Under the pieces are notes generated by a model, which was not told where the DNA came from, made no database searches, and saw only the letters and a list, made by a program, of their open reading frames with translations. From assembly GCA_000402515.1 (NCBI GenBank), contig AQRL01000035.1:36006-100005 (forward strand): a stretch of 64,000 bases of DNA, given 5' to 3'. The position numbers were made by a program, and so were the translations under genes. Numbering within the stretch: position 1 is the first letter of the stretch; each line of letters starts with the position of its first letter. Shown in pieces: positions 48,386 through 58,117 of this stretch. This DNA is from Nanoarchaeota archaeon SCGC AAA011-G17. GTDB taxonomy: Archaea; Nanobdellota; Nanobdellia; SCGC-AAA011-G17.

Positions 48386-51300
48386 ATGGAAAAAGAGGAA
48401 ATAACTCCTGGCGGATATCAGATTATCAAACAAGGCAAAGAAGATGTTCTAAAAATAAATATGGAAAATGTGAGCTATCCTCCTTCTTTAGAAAATAGTT
48501 CCTTGTGTATGATGCAGACTATTTCCAAGCTTGCTCAGGTTCCAGGTGTTGGAAGGATTATTTTTTCTGACGGCAGAAATTATGAATATAACTATGAGCA
48601 GACACAAATACTTGTTGAGATTGCCGGAATTTATAACCATTTAATTAAACAAAAAAATACCTTAACCTTTGGGTTGGATGAAGGGGATAGCACAAGAAGA
48701 GAGATTATACAGAGCTTAATAATTAATTTATTGAGAAGTGACCCCATTGGATGTTATGTTGAATTAAAGAGGATTATCAGAGAAGAAAGAATAAGGGTGA
48801 GGGGGTTAACAAACGATACAGAGATAAGATTAACACAAATGTATGTTTCTTTATTGGATTATATTCTTGGGCTGCTTGACCGAACAAAGTTAGTACAAAG
48901 AGTCAGAGAGTCTTTAGACGGGCATATTGTTGGTGACAGGCTTGTGTATAAAAGAATTTTCAGCCCAATTATAACTCCTGACTTTATGTATACCAAATTA
49001 ATGTCCAGAATTCCTCTTAATGGCGAATTGGTGGATAGTTATAAAATTGACAGGGATACAGAGGTAAATATTTTTAGGATGCCGGGGCAAATAAAAAATC
49101 TGTATCATTTGAATCCTCCGGAATTTAAATTTGATGATGACAAGTTTGAGTTAATTCATTTAGCAAGAACTGTTTTAGCAGAGCATAAACCAAGAGAAGA
49201 GGAGTTTATTGATCCTGAAAGAATGAGAACTACTTTTTTTAATATCGGAAGGGATATGCTGCAGGAACTTGCAGACAGAAAGGGACTGAGGTTAAATTAT
49301 GCTGAGTTAAAGCAATTAACAAATGTTCTTGTCAGATATACTGTTGGATTTGGTTTGGTTGAAACTTTATTGAAAGATCAAAAAGTACAGGATATTACTA
49401 TAAATGGACCGATGGGCCAGACACCGATTTTTATAGTTCATGAGAATTTTGATGAGTGTGTTACCAATATTGTTCCATCTAGGGAGGATGCTTTAAGCTG
49501 GGCAACTAAATTCAGAATTTTAAGTGGCAGACCATTGGATGAGGCTAATCCTGTTTTGGATACTGAGCTTGTAATTCCAGAGGCAAGAGCAAGAGTTGCA
49601 ATTGTTTCTACTCCCTTAAGCCCATGGGGACTAGCTTATGCATTTAGAAGGCACAGAGACAAGCCGTGGACACTGCCTTTATTTGTTAATAACAAAATGA
49701 TTACACCTATGGCTGCAGGGCTATTGAGTTTTTTAATTGATGGTGCTAGGACATTAATTGTTGCTGGAACAAGAAGCTCGGGTAAGACTTCTTTATTGGG
49801 AGCAGGTTTGGTTGAAATTATGAGGAAATACAGAATATTAACTACTGAGGATACTTTAGAGCTGCCAACAGATGCACTTAGAAATCTTGGATATAATATA
49901 CAACCGATGAAAGTAAGAAGTGCTTTATCAAAAGGAGGAACAGAGGTTGCTGCTGATGAGGGAATCAGAACTGCATTAAGAATGGGAGATAGTGCATTAA
50001 TTGTAGGAGAAATTAGAAGTTCTATTAGAGGAAGTGAAAAAGTAGTTGTTGTAGATAATGGGGAAACAAAAAGAATTCCAATTGCAGACTTAGAAGGGAA
50101 AGATATAGAGAAAATGTATGTTCCTACTATAGATTTTGACTTACAGGTTAAATTGTCCAAGCTTAATGGGTTTGTTAAACATCCCAAAAGAAAAAAATTA
50201 TTAAAAGTCAAAACAAGAACTGGAAGAGAGGTTACTGTTACACCCGACCATAGTTTATTTACTTCTCATAATTTTAAAATATATCCAATAGAATGTAAGG
50301 ATTTGAAAGTTGGAAGTAAGATTGTTTTACCTTCTAAATTGCCTTGCGGGTATAATGATATAGGTCATTTAAATCTTTTAAATATTATTGGGGATGCTAG
50401 AGTTGAGAATTTTGAAGAACCGATTAGGCGGGTTATATCTAAAATAGGATGGAAGAAAGCCACTTCTCTTTGCAATATAAAATGTGGAGATATCTATAAT
50501 TATTATAGAGTAAATCAAAAGACCAATATCCCTATAAATTCTTTTAATAAATTAGTATCCCTTGCAGAAGAGAATAATAATCTAGAAAGTTTGTATATAA
50601 AGAATGGAACAAGTAATACTTTAAGTGCTTTATTCCCTATAAATGTAGATTTTTGTAGATTTTTAGGTTATTTTATTTCTGAAGGGTATTTCCATGATAC
50701 TTCTATTGTGATATCAAATGATAATGATAAAATAGTCTCAGATATTACTTCTTTATGTAAAACTCTCTTTAATCTTGAACCATATGTTAGAGAAACAAAA
50801 GGATTGGGGAGGTCTAAACAGATAGCGATCAGTAATTCTCCATTGGTAAAATTATTTGAAAAGATTGGATGCGGAAGAATTAGTAAAGAAAAAAGAATTC
50901 CTTCATTTATCTATGGTTTATCTGAATCTAAGATATACTCATTTTTAAGTGGATTATATGCTGGTGATGGAAGTTTCACATCATCAAAGTCTTCTGGTAA
51001 TTGTATTAGATATTTTACTATTTCAAAAGAACTTGCAGATGATTTGATGTATTTATTATTACATATAGGCATTGTTTCAAGAAAATTAATGAGGAAGAGC
51101 AATGGCTTATCAAACAATCCTATTTATATTGTTGAGTTTAAGGATAGGAATTTTGTAAGAAGATTTATAGATAATGTTGATTTTGTTAAATATAAACCAG
51201 TGATGACTGAAAAAAATGTTTCACACTCTCGTTTTAATAATGTAAGTTATGATATAAAAGAACTTGAGAACCATTTGAAATTAATTAGAAAATATAGGCA

Positions 51301-52150
51301 TTTGAGAAAATATAATTCATGCGGAAAAGAGTTTCTTAGAAAGATAGTTTTAGATAAAAATACTAATTCCGATTCTTCAATAAAAACATTTGTGAATGGT
51401 GAATTTTATTTAGACGAAGTCAAAGAAATAGAAGAAATAAATTTAGAGGAAGGAGAGTATGTTTATGATTTGTCTGTTGATCCAAGCCAGAATTTTATTG
51501 GGGGATTTGGAGGAATTTTATTACATAATACAGAAGCTTTAGCACTTTATGAGGCTATGAGAATTGGTGCATTGGCTAATGTTGTTGCCGGAACAATTCA
51601 TGGTGATAGTCCGTATGGTGTTTTTGACAGGGTTGTAAATGATTTGAAAGTTCCTAAGACTTCTTTCAAAGCCACAGATATAATTATTGTTGCTAATCCT
51701 ATAAAAAGTGCAGATGGATTACATAAATGGAGGAGGGTTACACAGATTACTGAGGTAAGAAAGAATTGGCAAGATGATCCATTAAGGGAGGGAGGATTTG
51801 TTGACTTAATGAAATATGACAGCAAAGAAGACAGATTAAAACCAACTGATGATCTGATTAATGGGAATAGCGAAATAATAAAAGGAATTGCTGCAAATGT
51901 AAAGGAGTGGGCTGGTGATTGGGATGCTGTTTGGAATAATATAGTATTAAGAGCAAAAATAAAAGAGGCTATAGTTAATTATTCAAGAGTTTTCAAAAAA
52001 CCAGAAATGTTAGAGGCTGAATTTGTTATCAAGGCTAATGATATGTTTCATATTACAAGCGGGAGTGTTCAGGAGAGAGAGGGGTGGCTGAATTCTGAAT
52101 TGATTTATACTGAATGGGAAGACTGGCTGAAAAAAGAAATTAATGGTTAG
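48386..52150 (+). CDS. Type IV pilus/archaellum-type assembly ATPase (GspE/VirB11/FlaI superfamily) containing a ~503-aa LAGLIDADG intein
   Basis: 'DITINGP', Walker A 'GTRSSGKTS', 'LIVGEIRS'|intein|'TEALALYEAMRIG', 'GTIHGDS'. About 470-aa N-terminal extension before Walker A. Confidence 0.8.
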   Translation: MEKEEITPGGYQIIKQGKEDVLKINMENVSYPPSLENSSLCMMQTISKLAQVPGVGRIIFSDGRNYEYNYEQTQILVEIAGIYNHLIKQKNTLTFGLDEGDSTRREIIQSLIINLLRSDPIGCYVELKRIIREERIRVRGLTNDTEIRLTQMYVSLLDYILGLLDRTKLVQRVRESLDGHIVGDRLVYKRIFSPIITPDFMYTKLMSRIPLNGELVDSYKIDRDTEVNIFRMPGQIKNLYHLNPPEFKFDDDKFELIHLARTVLAEHKPREEEFIDPERMRTTFFNIGRDMLQELADRKGLRLNYAELKQLTNVLVRYTVGFGLVETLLKDQKVQDITINGPMGQTPIFIVHENFDECVTNIVPSREDALSWATKFRILSGRPLDEANPVLDTELVIPEARARVAIVSTPLSPWGLAYAFRRHRDKPWTLPLFVNNKMITPMAAGLLSFLIDGARTLIVAGTRSSGKTSLLGAGLVEIMRKYRILTTEDTLELPTDALRNLGYNIQPMKVRSALSKGGTEVAADEGIRTALRMGDSALIVGEIRSSIRGSEKVVVVDNGETKRIPIADLEGKDIEKMYVPTIDFDLQVKLSKLNGFVKHPKRKKLLKVKTRTGREVTVTPDHSLFTSHNFKIYPIECKDLKVGSKIVLPSKLPCGYNDIGHLNLLNIIGDARVENFEEPIRRVISKIGWKKATSLCNIKCGDIYNYYRVNQKTNIPINSFNKLVSLAEENNNLESLYIKNGTSNTLSALFPINVDFCRFLGYFISEGYFHDTSIVISNDNDKIVSDITSLCKTLFNLEPYVRETKGLGRSKQIAISNSPLVKLFEKIGCGRISKEKRIPSFIYGLSESKIYSFLSGLYAGDGSFTSSKSSGNCIRYFTISKELADDLMYLLLHIGIVSRKLMRKSNGLSNNPIYIVEFKDRNFVRRFIDNVDFVKYKPVMTEKNVSHSRFNNVSYDIKELENHLKLIRKYRHLRKYNSCGKEFLRKIVLDKNTNSDSSIKTFVNGEFYLDEVKEIEEINLEEGEYVYDLSVDPSQNFIGGFGGILLHNTEALALYEAMRIGALANVVAGTIHGDSPYGVFDRVVNDLKVPKTSFKATDIIIVANPIKSADGLHKWRRVTQITEVRKNWQDDPLREGGFVDLMKYDSKEDRLKPTDDLINGNSEIIKGIAANVKEWAGDWDAVWNNIVLRAKIKEAIVNYSRVFKKPEMLEAEFVIKANDMFHITSGSVQEREGWLNSELIYTEWEDWLKKEING
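50021..51529 (+). other. Intein in pilus ATPase (Hint + LAGLIDADG endonuclease)
   Basis: Block A 'SIRGSEKVVVVDNGETKRIPIADL'. Block B 'VTPDHSLF'. LAGLIDADG 'FLGYFISEGY' and 'FLSGLYAGDGSF'. Blocks F/G 'YVYDLSVDPSQNFIGGFGGILLHN|T'. The N-terminal boundary is uncertain by about 4 codons. Confidence 0.75.
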
Positions 52151-52181
52151 ATTTATATAATTCTTTCTTGTAGTTTAAATA

Positions 52182-54335
52182 ATGAGTAAAAAAGAGGTAG
52201 AGGATATTCTAGAGAAATACAGGAAGAAACTAAAAGAAGAGGTTAGTCCAGATCTTAACCAGGGTGCATTTTCCAGAGAATATTCAAAATTTAAAACTGA
52301 GGTAATTGGGAAAGAACTTACATTATATGAAAAACTTTGTAATTTATCTGAGAGAATATTAAGAATAGGAACAAGTTCTGAAAAAAGACAAAAATTAGAG
52401 GAGAGCATTTATCATACTGAATTAAATATCAGCCCTGAAGGGGCTATGAGTTTTGCCACCTTATTTGGTTTTTTTCTTATTATTTTGTCCTTTGTAATTG
52501 GCGGGATATGGTATTTATTTAGTGGCTTAACTGCTGGAGTATCTTTTTCTGTTATACTAATAATTCTTATTGGACTAGTCAGTATGAGAGTTTTAGCTGA
52601 AGTTCCAAACAGAAAGGCAATGATGTGGAGGATAAAGGCCAGTGACCAGATGGTTTTGTGCATTCTGTATATTGTTATGTACATGAGACATACTTCTAAT
52701 CTAGAGCATGCTATTAAATTTGCAGCGCAGCATCTTGATGATCCATTATCTGCTGATTTGAAAAAAGTTTTCTGGAATTTGGAAACAGGGAAGGCCAAGA
52801 CGGTTAGTGAGAGCCTTGATATTTATTTAGAGGGATGGAGAAAATATAATATGGAATTTATCAATTCTGTCCATCTTATTGAGAGCTCATTATATGAGCC
52901 AACTGAGAAGAGAAGATTAGAGATTTTGGACAGAGCATTGGAGGTTATTTTAAACGGAACTTATGAAAGGATGATGAACTATGCGCATGATATAAAAAAT
53001 CCAATCACTACTTTGTATATGCTTGGTGTAATACTTCCGATACTGGCATTGATTATTCTTCCTCTGATGGGGGCATTTTTGGGAGTGAAGTGGTACTGGC
53101 TTGCATTCCTATATAATATATTACTTCCATTATTTGTTTATTTCAAGGGAAATGATATTTTGAATAAGAGACCGGGTGGAAGCAGTGAGAGTACTTTATT
53201 GCAGGGAAAGGATTATGAAGATTATAAGAGAATAGAATTTTTGGGAATACAGATGGATCCTTTAGTTCTTGGCTTGCCTATTTTATTTTTGGTTTTAATA
53301 GTTGGATTAAGCCCCTTGATATTACACTCTTTATTTCCTGCAAGCCTTTTCTTGAATGCTGAAGGTGTTTTTGGTTATTTTAGTGATAATGGGCTTTGTA
53401 CTGGAAAGAATTGTATGGGTCCTTATGGAATCTTGGCACTTTATCTGAGTTTGTTGATTCCTCTTAGCTGGACTTTGGGAATTGGATTGTATTACAGATT
53501 AAAGACGAGAAAATTAATAAAAATAAAGGATGATACTACAAGATTAGAAAAAGAATTTTCAAGCAGTTTATTCCAATTAGGAAACAGAATTGGAGATGGA
53601 TTACCGGCTGAGATTGCAGTTGAGAAAGTGGCTGAGAATATGAGGGGAACTGCAACTGGTGATTTCTTCAGGATGATTGCAATCAATATCAGAAATTTAG
53701 GGATGGATCTGAATGAGGCTATTTTTAATAAATCAAGAGGGGGAATTATTTACTATCCTTCAAATGTTATCCAGAGCTCGATGAGAGTACTTGTTCAGAG
53801 TGTTCAGAAAGGCCCTGCAATAGCTGCCAGTGCAATGATCAGCATTTCTAATTATTTGGATAATATAAATAAAATAAATGAGAGACTTAAAGATTTATTG
53901 TCTGATATTACCAGCAGTATGAAGGGGCAGATAAATTTTCTAACTCCTCTTATTGCCGGAATTGTTATTGGTATTGGGGCTATGATAACAAGCATTATTG
54001 TCAAGCTTGGTCCATTATTAGCAATGACTGGGGGAGATAAGGTTGAGGGATTTGGTGTTGACCTGAGCATTATTGCAGACATCTTTCCGCTTGACAAGGT
54101 AATTCCCCCATATTTCTTCCAGTTGGTTGTTGGGATTTATATTTTACAACTTGTTATTATTTTAACTAAACTAAAAAGTGGGATTGAATTTGGTGTTGAC
54201 AGATTAAGAGAGGAGAATGAAATGGGTGGAAATTTATTTAAGGGAGTGGGGCTTTATGTTATTGTATGCATAGTTGTTGTATTCATATTAACTATGCTAT
54301 CGGAAGGAGTAATGTTAACAACAGGTGGACTATGA
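52182..54335 (+). CDS. Polytopic membrane platform protein (FlaJ/TadC/GspF-like)
   Basis: 717 aa. Two blocks of TM helices separated by cytoplasmic domains. Immediately downstream of the ATPase. Confidence 0.6.
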   Translation: MSKKEVEDILEKYRKKLKEEVSPDLNQGAFSREYSKFKTEVIGKELTLYEKLCNLSERILRIGTSSEKRQKLEESIYHTELNISPEGAMSFATLFGFFLIILSFVIGGIWYLFSGLTAGVSFSVILIILIGLVSMRVLAEVPNRKAMMWRIKASDQMVLCILYIVMYMRHTSNLEHAIKFAAQHLDDPLSADLKKVFWNLETGKAKTVSESLDIYLEGWRKYNMEFINSVHLIESSLYEPTEKRRLEILDRALEVILNGTYERMMNYAHDIKNPITTLYMLGVILPILALIILPLMGAFLGVKWYWLAFLYNILLPLFVYFKGNDILNKRPGGSSESTLLQGKDYEDYKRIEFLGIQMDPLVLGLPILFLVLIVGLSPLILHSLFPASLFLNAEGVFGYFSDNGLCTGKNCMGPYGILALYLSLLIPLSWTLGIGLYYRLKTRKLIKIKDDTTRLEKEFSSSLFQLGNRIGDGLPAEIAVEKVAENMRGTATGDFFRMIAINIRNLGMDLNEAIFNKSRGGIIYYPSNVIQSSMRVLVQSVQKGPAIAASAMISISNYLDNINKINERLKDLLSDITSSMKGQINFLTPLIAGIVIGIGAMITSIIVKLGPLLAMTGGDKVEGFGVDLSIIADIFPLDKVIPPYFFQLVVGIYILQLVIILTKLKSGIEFGVDRLREENEMGGNLFKGVGLYVIVCIVVVFILTMLSEGVMLTTGGL

Positions 54336-54439
54336 ACAAAAAAGGTATTGCTGATAAAACTATGATTGTAATTGGTATTTTAATACTCGCTGTTATTTTG
54401 ATTTTAATCTTGAGGGGGATTATTAACAATGTATTCTAA
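54332..54439 (+). CDS. 35-aa prepilin-like micro-protein (class III signal peptide + TM only)
   Basis: 'MNKKGIADKTMIVIGILILAVILILILRG'. ATG overlaps the TGA of the previous gene (ATGA). Confidence 0.4.
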   Translation: MNKKGIADKTMIVIGILILAVILILILRGIINNVF

Positions 54440-55187
54440 AAAAGGAATCGCTAAGCTTACAGTTTTTCTTATTGTTGGTTTACTAGGAGCGATTGCTCTT
54501 TTTTCTGTTTGGGGAGGTATTTTTCCAGCTTCTAGAGATATTGTTATGCATAAGGTGTGCACTTGGAGTATAAACTTTAAAGACAAGCTCATTATAGGAA
54601 CTAATTTGTGTTATACTGATGACAAGGAAGTAAGTGAAAAAGATAAGGAAGCTGTAATGAAAGATATTGCAGACAAGATGGTTGAATGCTGGAAGAGAAT
54701 GGATGAGGGAAGAACTCCAATTGATACAAATTGGTTTGTTGGGGGATATAAATGCTTTAAGTGTTATAGAATAAAAATTACAGGACTAAAAGATAAAATT
54801 AGTTATGAAGATTTTTTTAAATTTTTAACTGAAAATCCTATTAAGGGAAAGGAAGAAAGCTATAATACTTTCTTTAAGAAATATGATGAGGATAATGCGA
54901 TTGTTCTTCTTGGAAAAAGTGGCACTATTAAAGAGGCGTTTATTGATCCAAAACAATATGAATATTATACTGTGGCTTTTAAGGGCTATACTCCTGCTGG
55001 GAAGGGAAGTGTTGCTGCTACAGCATATAGCTCTGTAAAATTAGCCCCATTTACTGGAGGATGGTCTCTTCTAGCAGGTGCCACAGCCCTGACTACTGGA
55101 GGTGTTCGTTACTGGATTAGTGAAAACTCAATAATTGTTGCATCTTATGATAAATTGGAGGAAGAGTGTTCATCAACTTTAAGATGA
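54429..55187 (+). CDS. Prepilin-like protein (class III signal peptide)
   Basis: 'MYSKKG|IAKLTVFLIVGLLGAIALFSVW' followed by a 220-aa domain. Confidence 0.55.
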   Translation: MYSKKGIAKLTVFLIVGLLGAIALFSVWGGIFPASRDIVMHKVCTWSINFKDKLIIGTNLCYTDDKEVSEKDKEAVMKDIADKMVECWKRMDEGRTPIDTNWFVGGYKCFKCYRIKITGLKDKISYEDFFKFLTENPIKGKEESYNTFFKKYDEDNAIVLLGKSGTIKEAFIDPKQYEYYTVAFKGYTPAGKGSVAATAYSSVKLAPFTGGWSLLAGATALTTGGVRYWISENSIIVASYDKLEEECSSTLR

Positions 55188-55327
55188 AAAAGGGACAGAC
55201 AGTTATGGATACAACAAGAGAGTTAATTTGGGTATTATTAATACTGCTCGCTTTGGTTTTTTTTGTTTATTTTTTGAAGGATAAAATAACTCATTTCTTT
55301 GAGGTGATGTTTGATGCTCTCAAATAG
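55184..55327 (+). CDS. 47-aa prepilin-like micro-protein
   Basis: 'MKKGQTVMDTTRELIWVLLILLALVFFVYFL'. ATGA overlap with the upstream gene. Confidence 0.4.
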   Translation: MKKGQTVMDTTRELIWVLLILLALVFFVYFLKDKITHFFEVMFDALK

Positions 55328-55985
55328 GAAGGGGAATGAAGGAATGTGGTGGACAATTGCTGGTGCAGGGATTGCACTCATTATTTTAATTATCTTAATT
55401 TTTGCTTTTCTTTCTGAAGGAGGTATTTGGGGAAAAACAAAAGTAGCTATTACTAAATTTTTTGAAAAGGGTGAAGAGGGGATTAAGCTATATAAGGAAT
55501 ATTTTGGAGATAATCCCAGCAAACAGGTAATAAAGGCAGGGCTAATAAAAGATTTTATTATAACTAATCTTAGCCGGATTGAGAATAAGGACTGCATAGG
55601 TTATCTTGATTTGTCTGGCATAAATGAAGATATTGATGGCTATTCTGTTTATTTTAAGAAAACAGATGAGGGAACTGATTTTTATGTGTATAGTGGGGGG
55701 AAGAAAGATTATGGTGAGATATTAAAAGACCATCTTGCTTATGGTCATGTCAGTACTAATCTATTTGGGTATAATCCTGTCTTTAAAGAAGAATATAGTG
55801 AATTTTGGCTTCTTAATGGGATGACAAGTATCATTTTTCCAGTTGGTGTAAGCTATCCACTTTTATATTCCTCTTCAAAAGCTAATAATCCTTATTACTT
55901 AAATTACAAAGACAAGAGATTGCGTTTTGTTGTATTACCTGATGAACTTTCCAAAATAAATAATCCAAGTATAAATAAATGTTAG
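55314..55985 (+). CDS. Prepilin-like protein
   Basis: 'MLSNRKGNEGMWWTIAGAGIALIILIILIFAFL'. Confidence 0.5.
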   Translation: MLSNRKGNEGMWWTIAGAGIALIILIILIFAFLSEGGIWGKTKVAITKFFEKGEEGIKLYKEYFGDNPSKQVIKAGLIKDFIITNLSRIENKDCIGYLDLSGINEDIDGYSVYFKKTDEGTDFYVYSGGKKDYGEILKDHLAYGHVSTNLFGYNPVFKEEYSEFWLLNGMTSIIFPVGVSYPLLYSSSKANNPYYLNYKDKRLRFVVLPDELSKINNPSINKC

Positions 55986-56044
55986 ACGAAACATTTAAAT
56001 AGAAAATAAAAGAATTTATATATAAGTATATATTGAGAGGTGTT

Positions 56045-56497
56045 ATGAAAATGAATAAAAGAGGTCAAGGTGGACTTTCTATGGATACTATTATTATAGC
56101 TGTAATTGCTATAATTGTTTTGTTATTGATTGTTACTTTCTTTACAGGCGGAATGGCTAATGTTTTCGGCAAGATAAGGAATGTATTCTCGACTGGGACA
56201 GCAGGAACAGATATTGATCTTGCAAAGAAAAGCTGTGAAAGTTATTGTGAAAGAGCACAGGGATTAGCAACAGAAGGTGAAAGAAAGGTATCAACTTATT
56301 GCACTTATGAATTTAAAATAGATACAGATAGTAGTGGGAAAGTTGATAAGGCTGATGGGGATGGATGTACTAAAAATAGAAGAGATAGTAATGGTAATTC
56401 TGTAACTGCAAAATCTGATTGTTCTGTTGGGGTTGTTTATTGTGATAAATCTCCAATTGTAATCAGTTGTCCAGGAGTAACTTGTGCTACAGTTTAG
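56045..56497 (+). CDS. Cys-rich prepilin-like protein (candidate major pilin)
   Basis: 'MKMNKRGQGGLSMDTIIIAVIAIIVLLLIVTFF', then a 110-aa domain with 12 Cys. Confidence 0.55.
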   Translation: MKMNKRGQGGLSMDTIIIAVIAIIVLLLIVTFFTGGMANVFGKIRNVFSTGTAGTDIDLAKKSCESYCERAQGLATEGERKVSTYCTYEFKIDTDSSGKVDKADGDGCTKNRRDSNGNSVTAKSDCSVGVVYCDKSPIVISCPGVTCATV

Positions 56498-56520
56498 TAA
56501 TTTTTTTTCTTTTTATTAAA

Positions 56521-56748
56521 ATGAACAAAAAAGGGGATTTGAACTGGGAAGTAATTGTTACTGGTATTATAGTTGTAATTGTTTTGGTTGTTCTTGTAAT
56601 ATTTTTCAGACAGCAGATAATGGATGTTGCTAAGGGTTTTAAAAGTATTGTTGAAGGGGGAACAGCTGGTGTTGATGAGATAGATGTCAATAAAATGGCT
56701 GGAGAGGGAAGCAAGACATTTAGCAGAAATTTTATATATACCTCCTGA
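56521..56748 (+). CDS. Prepilin-like protein (75 aa)
   Basis: 'MNKKGDLNWEVIVTGIIVVIVLVVLVIFF'. Confidence 0.5.
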   Translation: MNKKGDLNWEVIVTGIIVVIVLVVLVIFFRQQIMDVAKGFKSIVEGGTAGVDEIDVNKMAGEGSKTFSRNFIYTS

Positions 56749-56760
56749 TTAGCTATTGTT

Positions 56761-57321
56761 ATGTTAAATAAAAAAGGGGATGAAACAGTATGGCAATATA
56801 CCATTGGCTTATTTATTATGTTTTTTGTTCTTTTTGGTTTGACCAGCTGTGGTTATAAAATACTCAATCCTAATTGCGATCCTGCTTCTGTTGAGGCTTT
56901 TAATGAATTTGTTAAATATTATGAAGAATGTACCGGCAAGAATGGAGACTGTGGGAAGTTTAATTATTCCAAGTTGGACAAGCTGGATAATATAGTTGTT
57001 GAGCCAACAGGCAATAAATTAGAGAGTACAAGCATTAATCTGAGATGCAATGGAAAAACTTCATTCAGAAACAGCAGAAAAATTGATGTTAAATTATGCT
57101 TTAAATACGGAGAAAATGTCAGATTAGCAAATAGCGGTGATTCTGTGAATATTTATCCTGATGAAGGGAATGATCTTGAATATTTTTTAAATAATAATTT
57201 GAACTTATACAACATAAATCAGGATAATGTTTGTTTTGTTATGATTGGGAAAACTATGGAAGAATATACTAAGGAAGAAGCAAGAAAACAATTTATGGAT
57301 AAAGATTATATGTCTAAGTAA
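56761..57321 (+). CDS. Prepilin-like protein with Cys-containing domain
   Basis: 'MLNKKGDETVWQYTIGLFIMFFVLFGL'. Confidence 0.5.
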   Translation: MLNKKGDETVWQYTIGLFIMFFVLFGLTSCGYKILNPNCDPASVEAFNEFVKYYEECTGKNGDCGKFNYSKLDKLDNIVVEPTGNKLESTSINLRCNGKTSFRNSRKIDVKLCFKYGENVRLANSGDSVNIYPDEGNDLEYFLNNNLNLYNINQDNVCFVMIGKTMEEYTKEEARKQFMDKDYMSK

Positions 57322-57326
57322 GTGGA

Positions 57327-57713
57327 TTGATTAAAATGAATAAAAAAGGCCAGGATTTACCGACTGTAACAACTGTTGAACTTTTTATTTTATTATTAAT
57401 ATTTGGAATGCTTGCTTATGTAACTTTTAATGCAAATATCAGCAATGATGTCAATAATATAAGGGCAAAGGATTTGGGATTGGCAATAAGCCTAATCAGC
57501 TCTTTTGACAAGAATGTTAAATTCAGCTATAATCTTGAGGATGAAAAAAAAATTAATTTTATAGATAATAATGTTGAAATTTCCAATAAAGACGGAAGCC
57601 ATTTTGAGAAAAGCAAATTTAATCTTAATAAAAAAAATACATTTAACGGGAAAGACGGCAATTATCAATCATTAAGCATAAAAAAATCAGGAGATAGTGT
57701 TGAGGCAAAATGA
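57327..57713 (+). CDS. Prepilin-like protein
   Basis: 'MIKMNKKGQDLPTVTTVELFILLLIFGML'. Confidence 0.5.
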   Translation: MIKMNKKGQDLPTVTTVELFILLLIFGMLAYVTFNANISNDVNNIRAKDLGLAISLISSFDKNVKFSYNLEDEKKINFIDNNVEISNKDGSHFEKSKFNLNKKNTFNGKDGNYQSLSIKKSGDSVEAK

Positions 57714-58117
57714 ATAAAAAAGGCGGGGGAGAGATATTATCAGGAAAAACAGGGTATTATATTGTTTATATTTTTATTTTTGCAATAAGCATTGCTATTG
57801 CTGCAGCTTATATTAATAATAAAGTTACAGTGAATGTTGATTTTTCTGTACTGGAAAGGGATGTTGTCAGCAGCATGGTTTTTGACTGTTTGAAGGGCAG
57901 TGAATTTGGAATTATTGATTATAACAAATTCAAGAGTGAAAATCTGAAAGAGTGCTTTGATGAAAATACATATTATGTCAAGGTCAAATTGAGAGAGAGC
58001 GGAGAGATAAGGAATTTTGATTTCAGCAGTGATAATCGTGTTGAATATTATGTTCTTGTTGACAAGGGAGAATTACAAAGAGATTTTTTATCTCTGGAGT
58101 TTGAAAATGTTGCCTGA
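57710..58117 (+). CDS. Prepilin-like protein
   Basis: 'MNKKGGGEILSGKTGYYIVYIFIFAISIAIAAAY'. ATGA overlap. Confidence 0.5.
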   Translation: MNKKGGGEILSGKTGYYIVYIFIFAISIAIAAAYINNKVTVNVDFSVLERDVVSSMVFDCLKGSEFGIIDYNKFKSENLKECFDENTYYVKVKLRESGEIRNFDFSSDNRVEYYVLVDKGELQRDFLSLEFENVA

